DNA from: Cyanophora paradoxa CCMP329
Lineage: Eukaryota > Plantae > Glaucophyta
Length of the DNA: 64,000 nucleotides
NCBI GenBank assembly: GCA_004431415.1
Contig: QPMI01000642.1
Span: 62,001-126,000, forward strand
Reading direction: 5' to 3'
Shown: positions 37,901 to 50,200 of the stretch, piece by piece
Layout: each line of letters opens with the position of its first letter
Numbering within the stretch: the first letter of the stretch is position 1
The notes under the pieces: generated by a model
The model's database searches: none
What the model was told of the DNA's origin: nothing
The model's input: the letters and a program-made list of their open reading frames with translations, nothing else
Position numbers and translations under genes: made by a program

Positions 37901-40900
37901 CGCGGCGCCAGGGCGGGGCGGCGGGCCGGGGCGGGGGGCCCGGGGCGGGCCGGGGCCGGCCCCGGGCTCATGGGGGGCGAGAGGGCCGTCGCCATGTCCC
38001 CGAGGTCCTGCTCCTCCTCCGGGAAGAAGCCCTGCACGGCCCTCAGGAAGAAGGCTCCCAAGGAAGAAAGGGAGGGGACCGCACGCCGGAGGCCCCCCCC
38101 GCGCTGAGGCTGCGCGCCGCGAGGCGGAGCGTGCGGTGCACCCCCGCCTCCTGCGACGCCTTCCTCTCCATCGCCACCTGGTCGCGGGGGGTACAGGTGA
38201 GGCGGGCCTGGCGGGGGCGGGGCATGGGGCGGCGGAGGGGCACCGATCCGGAGCGCTCGCGGCGGACGAGGCCCGAGCCGCGCCGCGAGTCGGCCGCCGC
38301 CGGGGCCGGGGCCTCCGCCTCCCCGCCCTTCGCCTCCTCTGCGCCGCGGAGTCAGCTTCGCGGGGGGGCGGGGCGATCGGGGGCCGGCGGCGCGCCGACG
38401 ACGGTCCACGTCAAGCCGCCGCCGTCGCCGCCGTCGCCGCCGTCGCCGCCGTCGCCGCCGTCGCCGCCGCCGCGCGGCGAGTCGACCTGCGGGGCGGGGG
38501 AGGGCGTCTCGCGCCGGGCGGCTCCGCGCGGGGGGAAGAGAAGGGAAGGGGGCGGGCCTGGAGGGCGAGGCCGGCGGCGCTGGTCAGGCTCATCGAGCGG
38601 GCGCCGCCGAGGGCGCCTGGCGGCGGCTCCGAGGCGACGCTGCCCCGCTTCTGCAGCGCCGCCTCCGGGTTCCTGCGGGGGCGGTGAGGGCGCGGGGGCG
38701 GGCCGCCGAGGGGCCGGGAGGGGGCTCCCGCGCCTGAGGAGGAGGCGCAGCTCGTAGGGCGTCTTGAACGTCTGGCTCATCTTCCGGAGCCTGCGGGGCG
38801 CCGCCGGGATCAGGGGCGGACGAAGGCAGAGGCGAGGGCGAGGGCGAGGGCGCGCCTCAGGTCGCCGAAGGAGAGGCGGCGGTAGTCGTCTGCCTCGGGG
38901 GGCTCCCCCCCGGGGCCCGAGGAGGCCGCGCCGCCGCTGGCGATGGAGGCGCGCGCCGAGCGGGAGGCCTCGGTGGGGGCCCCCGACATCGCGATGAGCG
39001 TGCGCAGCAGGTGCAGGAAGACGTAGTACGGCCTGCGCGGGCGGGCGGGCGGGCGGGGCGGGCGGGGCGTCAGAGCGCAACGGGACCGGAGCGGAAGTGA
39101 GGAGGAGGAAGAAGGGACCGGCGGGAGGAGAAGGGGTCGGGGGAGACGGAGAGGACGGGAACGCCGCCGGCCTCCGCCAGCCGAATCGCCTCCGAGACCT
39201 GGCCCCGCCGCCTCAGCCCCGGCCTGGCAGAGCTGGGGCTGGCAGAGCTGACCAGGACGGACTTGCCGCAGCCGGCCTCGCCGTGCAGCAGCAGCGCCCC
39301 CGCCCCGCCCGGCTTCCACACCGCCTGCGCCCCGCCCGCCCGGCCGCTCAGTCGAAAGAGGCGGGCGGGGCGGGGCGGGGCGGGCCTGGACGAGGAAGTT
39401 GCAGAGTGTGGCGACGGCGTCGTCGCGCCCGCGCACGAGGGCGTCCACCGAGAGCGCCTCCTGCCTGAGGCGCGCCGCCAGCGAGAGCGCCGTCCGCGGC
39501 GGGCCGTACTCCACCGTCACTGAGGGGGGCGAGGCTCAGGGGGAGGGAGGAGGGGGCGGGCCGGCGGGCTCCGGACCGGTGGAGCCGTCCCCCGAGTAGG
39601 CGGAGCCGCGGCGGTCGCTCCCGCCGGGGGCCCCGGCGCCGGCCTCGCTGGGGGCCAGCAGGTCGTCCGAGGAGCCCCCCGCCGGCAGCGGCCGGGGCGC
39701 GCTCGTCGAGCGCCTCCGCACCAGCTGGCTCACCGCGATCGGCCGGGCCTTGCCCTGCCCTGCCTTCAGCCAGAGCGCGGGGGAGCGTGGGGCGGGAGGG
39801 GGCGCGCCTTGACGGGGATGGGGGCGAGGCGGGAGAGCTCGAAGTGCGCCCCGACCGCCTCCCGCGTCCGCTGCGCCCGCCCCCGCCTCAGACGCGAGGA
39901 AAGGAAGGAAAGAAGGGGCGAGGAGGGGCGGGCGGGCCTCGTCGAGGAGGATGGTGCCGCTGGGCGCCGCCGCGGCCATCAGCCGCGCCGCCATGTTCAC
40001 GCTGCCCCGGGCCCCGCTCAGCTTCGGGCCGGCGGGTAGGCGGCGGAGTCGGCGGGGGCGGGGGCACCTGTCGCCGATGACGTTGAGCTCGCAGCGGAGG
40101 TCGGTGCCGAGGAGGCCGCAGAAGACGCGGCCCGTCGCGATCCCGACGGCGATGCGCCCCAGCGCGTCCCGCTCGAACGCCGCCTTCATCCGCAGCGCCG
40201 CCAGGCACGCCCGCTGCGCAGCCGCCCGCTCAGAGGGCGCCCCGCCGGCGTGCGGGCGGGCGGAGGAGGGAAAACAGGGGCGCCTGGGGGTCGTCCTCGT
40301 GGGCGGATGAGACGAGGCCCCAGGTCAGCAGCGCCACGAGGCCCTGCGCCGGCGTCAGCTTTCCGAGCTTCCCCGCGCCCCGCGCCGCCCCGGCGGGCCT
40401 TGTCGTCTTTGAATAGGGAGCGGACGACGCCGCCCATGCGGTCCGCCCCCGCCTGCACCGCCTCCGCGCACCGCTGCACCCGCTCCAGCTGCCGCTGCGG
40501 GCGAGGGTGAGGCCGGCCGGGGGCGGGGCGGGGCGGGCGGAGGGGGCGGGCCTGAGGCAGGGGCCCCGTGGCGGGGACGTCCAGGGCCGGCAGCTGCACG
40601 AAGAGCGCCGTGATCACCCGCAGCTGCGCAGGCCGCGTCAGCGGGGGAGCGAAGCCGGCGGGGGGGCGGGGGCGGGGGCGGGCCTCGGTGAGGAGGTTGG
40701 CGCTGCCGGCGACGGCCGCCTGCACGTCCGAGGGCAGCAGGGGGTACAGCCGGGTCCGCAGCGCCTGCGCGGCCTCCTCGTCGGGGTCGCCGGCGGTCGC
40801 CGGCTCGGTGCCCGGCGGTGTCGCCATCGCCGATGTCCGCCGCCGCAGCTGCGTCACCTCGTCCCCATCCGCGCCCCCCGCCGGCCCCGCCGGCACCTCC

Positions 40901-42314
40901 GTCAGAAGCAGCCCGAAGCTGCGGGGAGATCAGGATTTGTTTTTGAGAGGGGGGGGGGGGGGGGGGAAGGAAGGGGGGGAAGCAGTCACCGGGCGTCCAT
41001 CTCGGTACCCCCGTAGACGAGGAAGCCGTCCTTGTCGCCGGCTCCGAGGAGCCCGGCCAGCTCGCGGCTCGACCGCAGCAGCGCCGCCGCCTGGCCGAGA
41101 GTTCAGAGGGGGGGGGGGAGGAGCTCGGGGGTACGGGCGGACGTGGGGGGCGACGGCGAGCTTGCCCGGGGGCGCGATGGCGAGGGCGCCGGCGAGGGCG
41201 TCCAGCGGCTCGCCTACGAGGGGCACCTCCCAGCGGCCCCGGTGGCCCCCGACCTGGGCGCGCCCCGTCCCCGTCGGCCCGGGCCCCGGGCGCCCCTCGG
41301 CGCCCCCCGGGGCCCCGGCGGACCTTGAGGAGGCTCACGTGGCCGGCGGTGAGGGCGCAGTGGAGCCGCAGCCCGTCCGCCTCCACGTCCAGCAGCTCCC
41401 TGCCCGCCCGGATTCGAACCCGGGCCGCGCGGGGCGGGGCGGGGCGGGGCGGGGCGGGGCGGGGGCACCGGGCGAGACGGAAGGCGCGGAGGGCGGCGGC
41501 GGGAAGGGACGCGGCGTCGGCGGCCGGCAGCAGCACCAGCACCGCGTCGCCCTGCGGCGCCGTGGGCGCCGGCGGCGGCGCGCGGCCGGCGCGGGGCGCA
41601 CCAGGAAGCGCATGACGTCGGCCCCGAAGCGCCGACACGTCCGCAGGACCTCCCTGGCCCCGCTGCCGCCTCAGCGCGGCGCGGCGAGGCGCGGCGACGC
41701 GCGGGGCGCACCGGAACATGCCGTTGAGCCTCCGAGAGAACTCGTCTGCGGGGCGGTGAGCGGCGCGCGCCGGCGCCTCGCCTGCGGGCAGGGCGGGGGC
41801 GAGTACCTGTCCCGCGCAGTGCGGCCTCGGTGGGGTCCGCGTCGGCGAGGGGCTCGGCCCCGAGGCCCCGCCCCTCCAGCAGCGCCCCGGCGAGCTTCAC
41901 CGAGCCCCTGCGCGCCCCGGCCGCGTTGAGCTGCGCGGCTTGCGGCGAGCGTCGGGGCAGCGCCGCGCACGCAATGTCTGCGAGGAGCACGGCGCCGAAG
42001 ACCGGGAACTGCTGCGGCCCGTCGTCCTCCCCTTCGGTGCGGAGCTCGCCGCTAAGTACGCGCGAGATGACGGAGTCTGGGAGGAACAGCTCCGGTCTGT
42101 CGCGCAGCTGCCTGGAAAGCGCTGCGGTCGATAGCTTCCTCAAGGACATGCTCCTGATGCTCTTCCGCGCGGCGCCGAACTGGAAAATTTGCGGCGCGGG
42201 CGAACCGCCCTCGGCAGCGGCCGCGGGCGGGGCGCCGCGCACGGCGGAGTCCATCTCCAGACTCGGCCGCCCGCTCTCTCCCGCTATTGCGAGCGGCGGC
42301 GCGAGTGACGCCAT
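31959..42314 (-). CDS. Soluble adenylate cyclase type 10-like protein (two class III cyclase domains + STAND/AAA NTPase + helical C-terminus), many exons
   Basis: C1: GAVLLADIA|GSVKL..FGADVMRFL|GDAVLVL..LRLHCALTAG..WEVPLVGEPL. C2: LRVITALFVQL..LFKDDK..VGIATGRVFCGLLGTDLRCELNVIGD|SVNMAARLM..PIPVK|GK. P-loop LLHGEAGCGKS; Walker B LVVEDLHALDSAS; GNAYSVQEL. The 3' end is approximate. Confidence 0.88.
37080..37255. repeat. Pure G/C low-complexity tract (GGGGC/GGGCGGC units) inside an enlarged cyclase intron
   Basis: About 175 bp composed almost only of ggggc/gggc/ggc units. Confidence 0.85.
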
Positions 42315-43027
42315 GGCCGCCGGTGGTGCGAGTTACGGGCGGCTGAGCTTAGCTGCCTCCTGCGCATGCATGGGGTGAGTTGGGTGTCGTCGCGCCTTGC
42401 GACTGCCAAGTTGAGCTCGAGGCGGCGCGGTAGCACGACGCCGCGAGCTGCAGCTGCAGCTGGTTGTAGTTGCACTTGAAGGAGGGGGGGCCCCGGGCCC
42501 CGGGGGGGTGGACGTGATGAAATTTAACAATTAAAGCTATTATAATGTATATATATAATTTGCATTAATTGCATGTCTGCATGCATGCAATATATATGAT
42601 CGACTCTTCAAGCATGCAATCATATATATATGTCTCGTCTGCAACGCCGGCTCAGAGCGATCGACCTGCGCGCAGTTCGATATATATATATATCGATCGC
42701 GATCGATTCGATATAATTTTAATGTTAAAATGCGAGAATTATGTCTTAATCCTCTTACCCCTTTCTTATCTAACGTCTACCCCTTTATCTGACGTCTACC
42801 CCCCGCTAATCCCGGCTCCCCTGACTCCAGCCTACCCCACATCCGAGTCTCCTCCCCACCAGGGAAAGAGCCATGGCCACCATCCCCACCAAGAAAGAGC
42901 CATCGATATCGATCCCGCAAGTAGTATACGACGACATGCAAGCGCTACTACCTGCCGGGCGGCCCCACAAGCTCGGAGCTCGTGGGCGGCCAGGCAGACC
43001 GCGCCCGGCGGCCCCCGGCGTGCTCAT

Positions 43028-43533
43028 TAGAGCTGTGCTCGCTGGGGGGGGCCGGGCCCAGCGGCCGCTGAAGCCCGGCGAGCGGCGCCTGTCGCTGGCC
43101 CGTCGCTGAGCTGGGGGTACCGCCAAAACCTGAAGAAAAACTGCTGGAAACCGACCGAAAACCTATCTGTTCCGTTTAGTTTATTTCGTACAAGCTTCTA
43201 AGACGCAAATGCAGATTTAATGCTTGGTTCCGCGAGCCATGCGTCAATTTCTGCGGGATAGAGGCCAGCTGCAGGCTGCTTTTAGGCGAAGCGGACTCCC
43301 CGGGAGCGCCTGAATGCTCGAAAACAGTCGAAATTTAGCAAGATTGCTCGGCCACGCCGAGTCGTCGCCGACCTACGTCGACCATCAGATGAGAAAAAAG
43401 CGGGATGGAGCTTTTTTTGGCGCCTGTCAGCCATAAAAAACGATGTGCGAGGAGGCGTCGCTGGCGGAAAACGCCAAGCGTAGCGGCCGCTGGAACCTCG
43501 CGAGCGAAGCGACAACCAGCGACCACAGCCCTA
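43028..43533 (+). mobile_element. hAT-type MITE, left copy (506 bp)
   Basis: 18-bp imperfect TIR TAGAGCTGTGCTCGCTGG / CCAGCGACCACAGCCCTA. Near-identical to 53066-53561. Its own flanks differ (GTGCTCAT left, GTCCGAAC right). Confidence 0.92.
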
Positions 43534-43813
43534 GTCCGAACACGGTCTGCTGCACATGTACAGCGGCACTACAGCCACTGAGCCTGCATGGCAGAGCGTT
43601 TGGCCCAGACTCCCGGAGTCCGCCGCCCAGTGGCCCGGCGGCGGCGGGGCGCCGGCCCGGCGGCCGGCGCCGGCGCCTCTAATATGGCCCGCTATAGCGC
43701 TAGGCTAAATAATACTGTAGAACTAGAAATATTAAGTGGGCTGCATATTTATAGTACTTAAAAAGTTTTGGGCAATTTCCTAAATATTACACGCCCCCAG
43801 TGCTGGAGTAGAC

Positions 43814-44464
43814 TAGAGGCTGTGGCCGGTAATTCACCAAAACAAAACATTTCGTAAATATTTCTCGCCTGCTAAAGCCGAGATTTCTCAGGGGTACTCC
43901 TTTCTTCGCCATACAAAAGCCCTGCGAAGACCGACCTACCAATAGCTAAAAAAAAGCTTAGGGCCGCGGGGATGAACCGGCATAAGCGAAGACCGACCTA
44001 CCAATGCTACCATTGCTACCAATAGCTAAAAAAAAGCTTAGGGCCGCGGCCCGCGGGGCTGAACCGGTATACATGCTAGTACTGCCACTGTACTGGCCGC
44101 CGGACCGCGGGCCGCGGCCCGGCGGGCCCGCTAGCGCGCGGCCCGGCTGAACCGGTGAAAAGCGGCCGGGCCGCCGGGCCGCGGCAAGTTCACTAGCCTA
44201 GTACCGTAGCTGGCCCTGCTAGCCTGGCAGTGGCAACTAGTATAAACCAATAGGCTAGCTATATAATATATTAATTTGCGATCGCGAGGACGTCGACGTT
44301 CCGGGCAACTTCCGGCCCCATTACACCGAAATCTGACGGACGACTCCGAAAGCTAGCGCCCGATAGGCCAGCTTGACGTCATTGAACGGTTAGAAAAAAG
44401 CGAATTCGACAAGGCAATTTCGAAAGCATTTTTTTTTTTGGTGAATTACCGGCCACAGTCTCTA
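43814..44464. mobile_element. Nested TIR element (~650 bp, non-coding)
   Basis: TAGAGGCTGTGGCCGGTAATTCACCAAAA ... TTTTGGTGAATTACCGGCCACAGTCTCTA (29-bp TIR, 1 mismatch). The IR extends imperfectly outward (CAGTGCTGG). Internal duplication at 43925-44048. TSD ambiguous (TA or GAC). Confidence 0.75.
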
Positions 44465-45305
44465 GACACCAGCACTGCGGGGGCTGCCCAGGGGGCATAG
44501 AGACAAAATAGCAAAATAACTAAGACAAGAGCACGAAGAAAGATAAGACAAAGAGCCAAAATCGACAATAAAAAAGGAAAGACACAGAGCTCGAGACAGA
44601 TCGATTGCGAGAAGAGACGATAAATCGAGCAGATCTAGGGACAGAGGATAACTGACACGAAGAAGAGCCAGAGCTAGAGGATAACTGACACGAAGAAGAG
44701 CCAGAGCTAGAGATACCATCAATATCAGAAGGAATTACATCACTAAGAAGCGGGGGACAAAATTGAGAAAGATAAATAACAGGAAGAAGACAAGTAAGAG
44801 GAACAACAAGACGACATGGAGGCGGAGGCGAAGCAGGACGATGCGAAAGGGCAGAGCTACGGCACGAGGTCGAGGAGGACACAGGAGGCGGAGCAGGCGG
44901 ATCAAGAGCAGGCAAAAGAACAGTCAAAGGAATCACTAAAGCCGGCCGGGGTCGAGGCGGGCAATCGAACTGCAAACGACGGCGAACAACAGGTCGAGCA
45001 CGAGGACTATAGCTAGTATTGAAACTAACTCTAGCATCAACACTACGATCAGAATCCGAACCAGACCGAACTAAACTAGAAGACGAAGAAGTACGCCGGC
45101 GCCGGCGGGATACGATCGCGACCAGCGAAGCAGAAGACAAGGACAAAGGCGGTAGTCCGGTATCAAGAACAAAGGCCGGAGGGTCCGGCCCGGCAAACCG
45201 CCGGGGGGAAGTAGAAGGAGCCGCAGGCTCCTTCTACTTCCGAAAGCAACTTCGTCATGATCAGAGATGGACTCAGATGGTTAATTAGGCCAGCTCCGCG
45301 AGGCT

Positions 45306-45680
45306 CGTCACCTGTTTCTTACCGGCAAAGTCCCCCGGCGACTAGTGTAAAACAAATTACAAAGTGGTCCGGTTAGACTCCGGTAAGTATATACGTATAT
45401 ATATATACCGCCCAACGCGCGTCGGAATTAAGCATGCGAAAACTATTAAAAAAGTACATTTTCCTTCAGTGAAGTTGACGTGTGTCGTCGACAACTGGCA
45501 TGAATATATATTCCTTCAGTGAAGTTGACGTGTGTCGTCGACAACTGGCATGAATATATATTCCGTCACCTGTTTCTTACCGGCAAAGTCCCCCGGCGAC
45601 TAGTGTAAAACAAATTACAAAGTGGTCCGGTTAGACTCCGGTAAGTTTATACGTATATATATATACCGGCCAACGCGCGT
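45306..45680 (+). repeat. 117-bp direct repeat pair enclosing a 50-bp tandem duplication
   Basis: 45306-45422 is nearly identical to 45564-45680; 45461-45510 equals 45511-45560. Confidence 0.88.
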
Positions 45681-46237
45681 TCAAGAATTATTGGATGACA
45701 CGAGCTGTCAGCTTGAGTGATCCGATCGCTAAACACATTAAATTGGGGCAGTTGTACGATCCACAGGATGCACCAACAGACGTGGCATTCGTAACGTCAA
45801 CCAATGCGGATCACAGATCTTTCATAACGTCATTGCAACACAGTGGCCAGAGATCCTTATCATCAATGCCGGAGATCGAACAATGCCAAATCGTCTTAAA
45901 CAACTTCCTCTTCATGTGCAGGTGTGCTCATTTGATTGCCGCAAACATGCTAGACCTTTGACATTTGTTTTGCAATAAATAGATACCAGGTTTGTTTTGC
46001 AATAAATAGATACCGCTAGCGGCGATCGCTCTTGTCCCACTTGGACATTTCAATGCATTCGTGATGATGCAGTGCGGCACCAATGCTCCTTTTGTGTACC
46101 GCTATGACGATATGCGTGATTCCGGAACGGACGGATGCCTCTACCCAGTTGTTCCAACCTTCGCAGCGCTGAATGATTCCTTGTCGCCTAGCGAATTCAG
46201 CAATGTACATTTCCTTTTCTTTGTGCGCCAAGCTTAA
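45679..46237 (+). pseudogene. 3' fragment of a USP/peptidase C19-like gene (His box), probably disrupted
   Basis: Reads ..CGSQIFHNVIATQWPEILIIN..LPLHVQ | ..LAAIALVPLGHFNAFVMMQ..VYRYDDM..VHFLFFVRQA*. A 24-bp duplication at 45964-46014 disturbs the acceptor or frame. No Cys box found. Confidence 0.5.
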
Positions 46238-46914
46238 CGACAGCAAGCTCGATTCGTACGATTTTTTAACTTACTCTATGCTCGACTTTCAAAGCTTTCT
46301 TAGGCTTACTGTCTGTTGCTCGATCGCTCAAGCAGTGTCACATGCCAGTGTGTCCTGATTTCGGCTCCATTTTAAATTTAGTCTGATCCTCCACTTCCAA
46401 AGCTTATCTCGAATTTTCGCTGTATGCCATCTTATAAAATAAGTGACTTGCACATTCACTTCTGCCTGCTCTTTTAATAATGCCGTCAATAGGTGGGGGG
46501 GTGCGGGGGGGCTTGCCCCCCTGCTTGTGCATATACTATTGATCCGCGCATGCGCCGCGGCGTCGGCGCGCGGAAAGTTGTCCGGGACTGTGCAGGATCG
46601 AATTTTTGACATCGGGCACCTTCCTGCACTGTTCCGGCTCCGAAAACCGGATATCTGGAGTGCGCAGGCCCTGCTATGTCTATGCGCGCCAGTACGCATC
46701 GAATGCGCGCGTCGGGGGACCGGCCGGAAACGGCAGGATCAAACTTTCGGCCGACTCTTCGGACTGGAGCGTCGGCGGCGGCCAAAATCGAGGTTGCCGG
46801 AGTGCGCGCGCCCTCCGCTCTCATTCTGCATTGCTCTGGGGCGTCTGTGGCGGGCTTTCGTCGCGGGACCGGGCGGGACCGGGTCCCACTTTTTGGAGTT
46901 TCGCGATCGAGGCG

Positions 46915-47224
46915 GGGTATAAATACCAGAATTGATCCTGGAGGGAAATTCGATTTTCGCGCGACGCCCAGGGGGGAGCGATCGAAAATTTGAAAAATTT
47001 GATTGGTGATTTGGACGTGACTGATTCGTGACCATAACGTTACACGGACGTTACATTGATGTCACGTCAGGGTATAAATACCAGAATTGATCCTGGAGGG
47101 AAATTCGATTTTCGCGCGACGCCCAGGGGGGAGCGATCGAAAATTTGAAAAATTTGATTGGTGATTTGGACGTGACTGATTCGTGACCATAACGTTACAC
47201 GGACGTTACATTGATGTCACGTCA
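46915..47224 (+). repeat. Exact 155-bp tandem duplication
   Basis: GGGTATAAATACCAGAATTGATCC...GATGTCACGTCA at 46915-47069 and 47070-47224. Confidence 0.92.
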
Positions 47225-50200
47225 TTACGGAGGTTCGTGGAGGTTCAGCGAAAAAAACGCCTGTTCAAATCCGACAATAATTTCGGGAGTTGGCCATCGA
47301 CCTACGGAAGAGGCTTCGCCCGACCTCGAAAACGGCCTCATAGAAAAATTTTGGCTGAAGCGAGGGAACGGGAAGCAAGGGGGGGAAGACCTTCGGTCTT
47401 CTTTTCCCCCCTTGCAATTATACCGTTGCTGTACATGTTCCGGGCCATTTTGTTGCCCTTGGAATTCGCGCCCGGCCCGGCCTTAAGCTTGACTCCCTTG
47501 AGATCTACCGCTGGTCCGCTGCCCCGGCCTGCCCTTAAGCTTCTCCGAGCTCGAGGGCTGCCCAGGCCTGCCCTTGGTTACCGTAATACAGAATAGTAAG
47601 GTACGCACTTTATCATGTCGACCCCAAATTATGTTGCCGAAAAGTGACAGAACGACATAATTTGTGGGCGTCATATTTCGCACAGAGAAGGGCTGGATTT
47701 TATAACGACATAAATTTGCCTGTCATAATATTGTGTGTTACGGTAGAATAGCAAGCAATGGGCTCTTAAGCTTGAATGGATGGCCTTGGAGGCTCGTTTA
47801 AAAACAAAGGTCGAAAAACCTTTTTTCGTAAGATGCATATTAGCCGATTCGTTTTTGACTTTTTTAGTCCGCGCCGGCGGCGCCGGCAAACTTCACATTC
47901 AAAAGTAACTTAGCAAAGGCCCCATCGCCCAATACTGGAAAGCTGGACGTACTAGTATCTGGTGTGCGAACTTCGGACCCGGGAATTCGAAGTTGTCGGT
48001 TACCGGTACCGTCGGTACGACTCCCGACAGTCTCCCATACGAGACCGTACGACTTGTCCATGCTGTCATGATCATCCAATGATCATCGGGTCGACTCGCC
48101 GGCGAGTCGGCGGCGACGACTTGAGTTTGCATGCACTACCCGGTGACCACATGAATGCAGTGCCAATTGCAATATGCATGTGCCCGGCGGCCATCACTGC
48201 TATGCAGCCCGGAGCCTATGCACACTGCACAGCGATATCGATATCAATAGATTCGATGCACTCCGCAGACAGGACCGCAGTTACTGAGTCGGACCGCAGA
48301 GTCCGCACTGACTCCGCAGTGCCCCGGTGTGCCCGCAGAGTCGGCGCAGACTGGGGGCCGCAGTCTGGCCCGCAGACAGCTGCAGTCACCACAGTGCATT
48401 GTGCACGTGCGCAAATCGAATCATTGCAGATTGGGGCCCCGAGCGGCCGAGCCCAGTCGCCGGCCCGACTCGGCGACGCCGGGCCGTCGACGTCGGGGCG
48501 CCGGCGCCGGCGGGGCCGGCCGGCCCGGGCCGGGCCCGGCCCTGCGGCCACGCCGGCCAGGCTGCGGGGCTAGCTGGCTGCGGCCCCTGCCCGCGGCCGG
48601 GGCTCATATGCATGATCAACGATCGGATTTTAATTTTAAAGCCTTTGAAGTTCAACGGTTTATATTAAGCGCTAGCCGGCGGCGCCGGCGCCGGCCGTCA
48701 GTTTGATTGGTGAGGTACCGTACCGGTAGTTACCAGTAGGTCCAGTACAGGCTTACAGCACTGAGTCGTGCCACTGACAGACACTGGCACTGTAAAGTCA
48801 GTGACACTCAGTGTAGACTGCTAATCATGTCTTCTTAACTTGCCAATCAGATTGAATCAGTGGCAATCAGTGTACGTACTGGTGCCGAATCACTGCCGAT
48901 CCGATGATCATGACTCAGTGACTCGTGCGGCGTGCCACGGTGATTCGATTTACGAAGTTCACTGAGTCATGATCATCCGCCGCGGGCGGCGGACCGGATG
49001 ATCGCACTCGATGATTCGCGATCGCGAATTGTCAGTTTTCCCACCCATGATCCGCCGAGTCAGAGACTCGAATCGTCAGAAAGTAACTAGCTCGGGACCG
49101 GAGCCTCGGGACTCGGGAGTCAAAAGACCGTCGGACTCGGAACTCTTCGGGAACTTGTGACTCAGTGACGTGCACGAGGGTCGACGTCGGCCGCGGTCGC
49201 GGCCGATTCGACGCATGCCGGACCATAGCTAGAGCCGGTCGCGATTGCGACCGGCAATGGCCCGGCATGCATGGCAAATTATAATTATTAGCAATGATAG
49301 CATTGCACTCTGTAAACGTAGGAATTTTCGTTGAGACTTAATGTCGACAAATCCTGAAAATCAGGCCGACGACAGCATCATATTTTCGTTAGCCCCGCGA
49401 CTTTGCCATCGACGGGTCAGCCCCTCCGCCGCTGCAGTACTAGTCTGCTGCAGCCTGCATGCTGTAGCTGGTACGTATACGACTACCAATATCATGATCC
49501 AAAAACAGCCTGAATGCGCATGCGCAGCCGCGAATCGATCTTCGTTGGCGTAACCGATGATCAACAACACGTGATCTCGAAGCTTCGAGACGACGTCGAC
49601 GTCGACAGGCTAGCGCTCGAGTCACCGTGGCTCTGCGATTGCCAAAGTTGCATATGCATACGGCGATTGTACGCGTACGCACATATAGAGCACTTTATAT
49701 AATCAATTGCAACGTTGGCCTTGGGTGCTGCTGCAGCTGCTGCTATAAGCTTAAGACTCTGGGAGGCCCTGGGTGCTGCAGCAGTTACTAATTATATAAG
49801 TTCGCTGCTGCAGCCCGCTGCAGCAGCTCCGAATCCTGAATGCATCCGAATTAATCGAAATCGTCTCAGCTGTGCCGCGACGGCAATCGCGAGGCCGACC
49901 CCCTTGAGCTCGTTACAGTTCCGTCATCGACCACGATCGCGACTCTGGTCTCGATGACAACGTCGGCAGATCTAGAGGACCGCGGAATTGCCGCATTCCT
50001 TCAGCAGCAGCTGCAGGAAGCCGTCGCGTCCTCAGCCGCTCTGGATCTCGCGCCGCCCCAGGCCACTGACACCGGTCGCGAGCCTCACAACGGCGCTGCC
50101 GGCACGCGCCTCGATTTCAGCGCCGGCGCCAGCCTACGCGGCGCTAGCTTGATCCCCTTCGGCATGGGCTTCCGGTACGGGCTCATGGCTGCCCTTTCAG

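Noticed and set aside
31592-41929. Many long Arg/Gly/Pro/Ala-rich ORFs on both strands
   Set aside because: Stop-poor frames overlapping the spliced cyclase gene.
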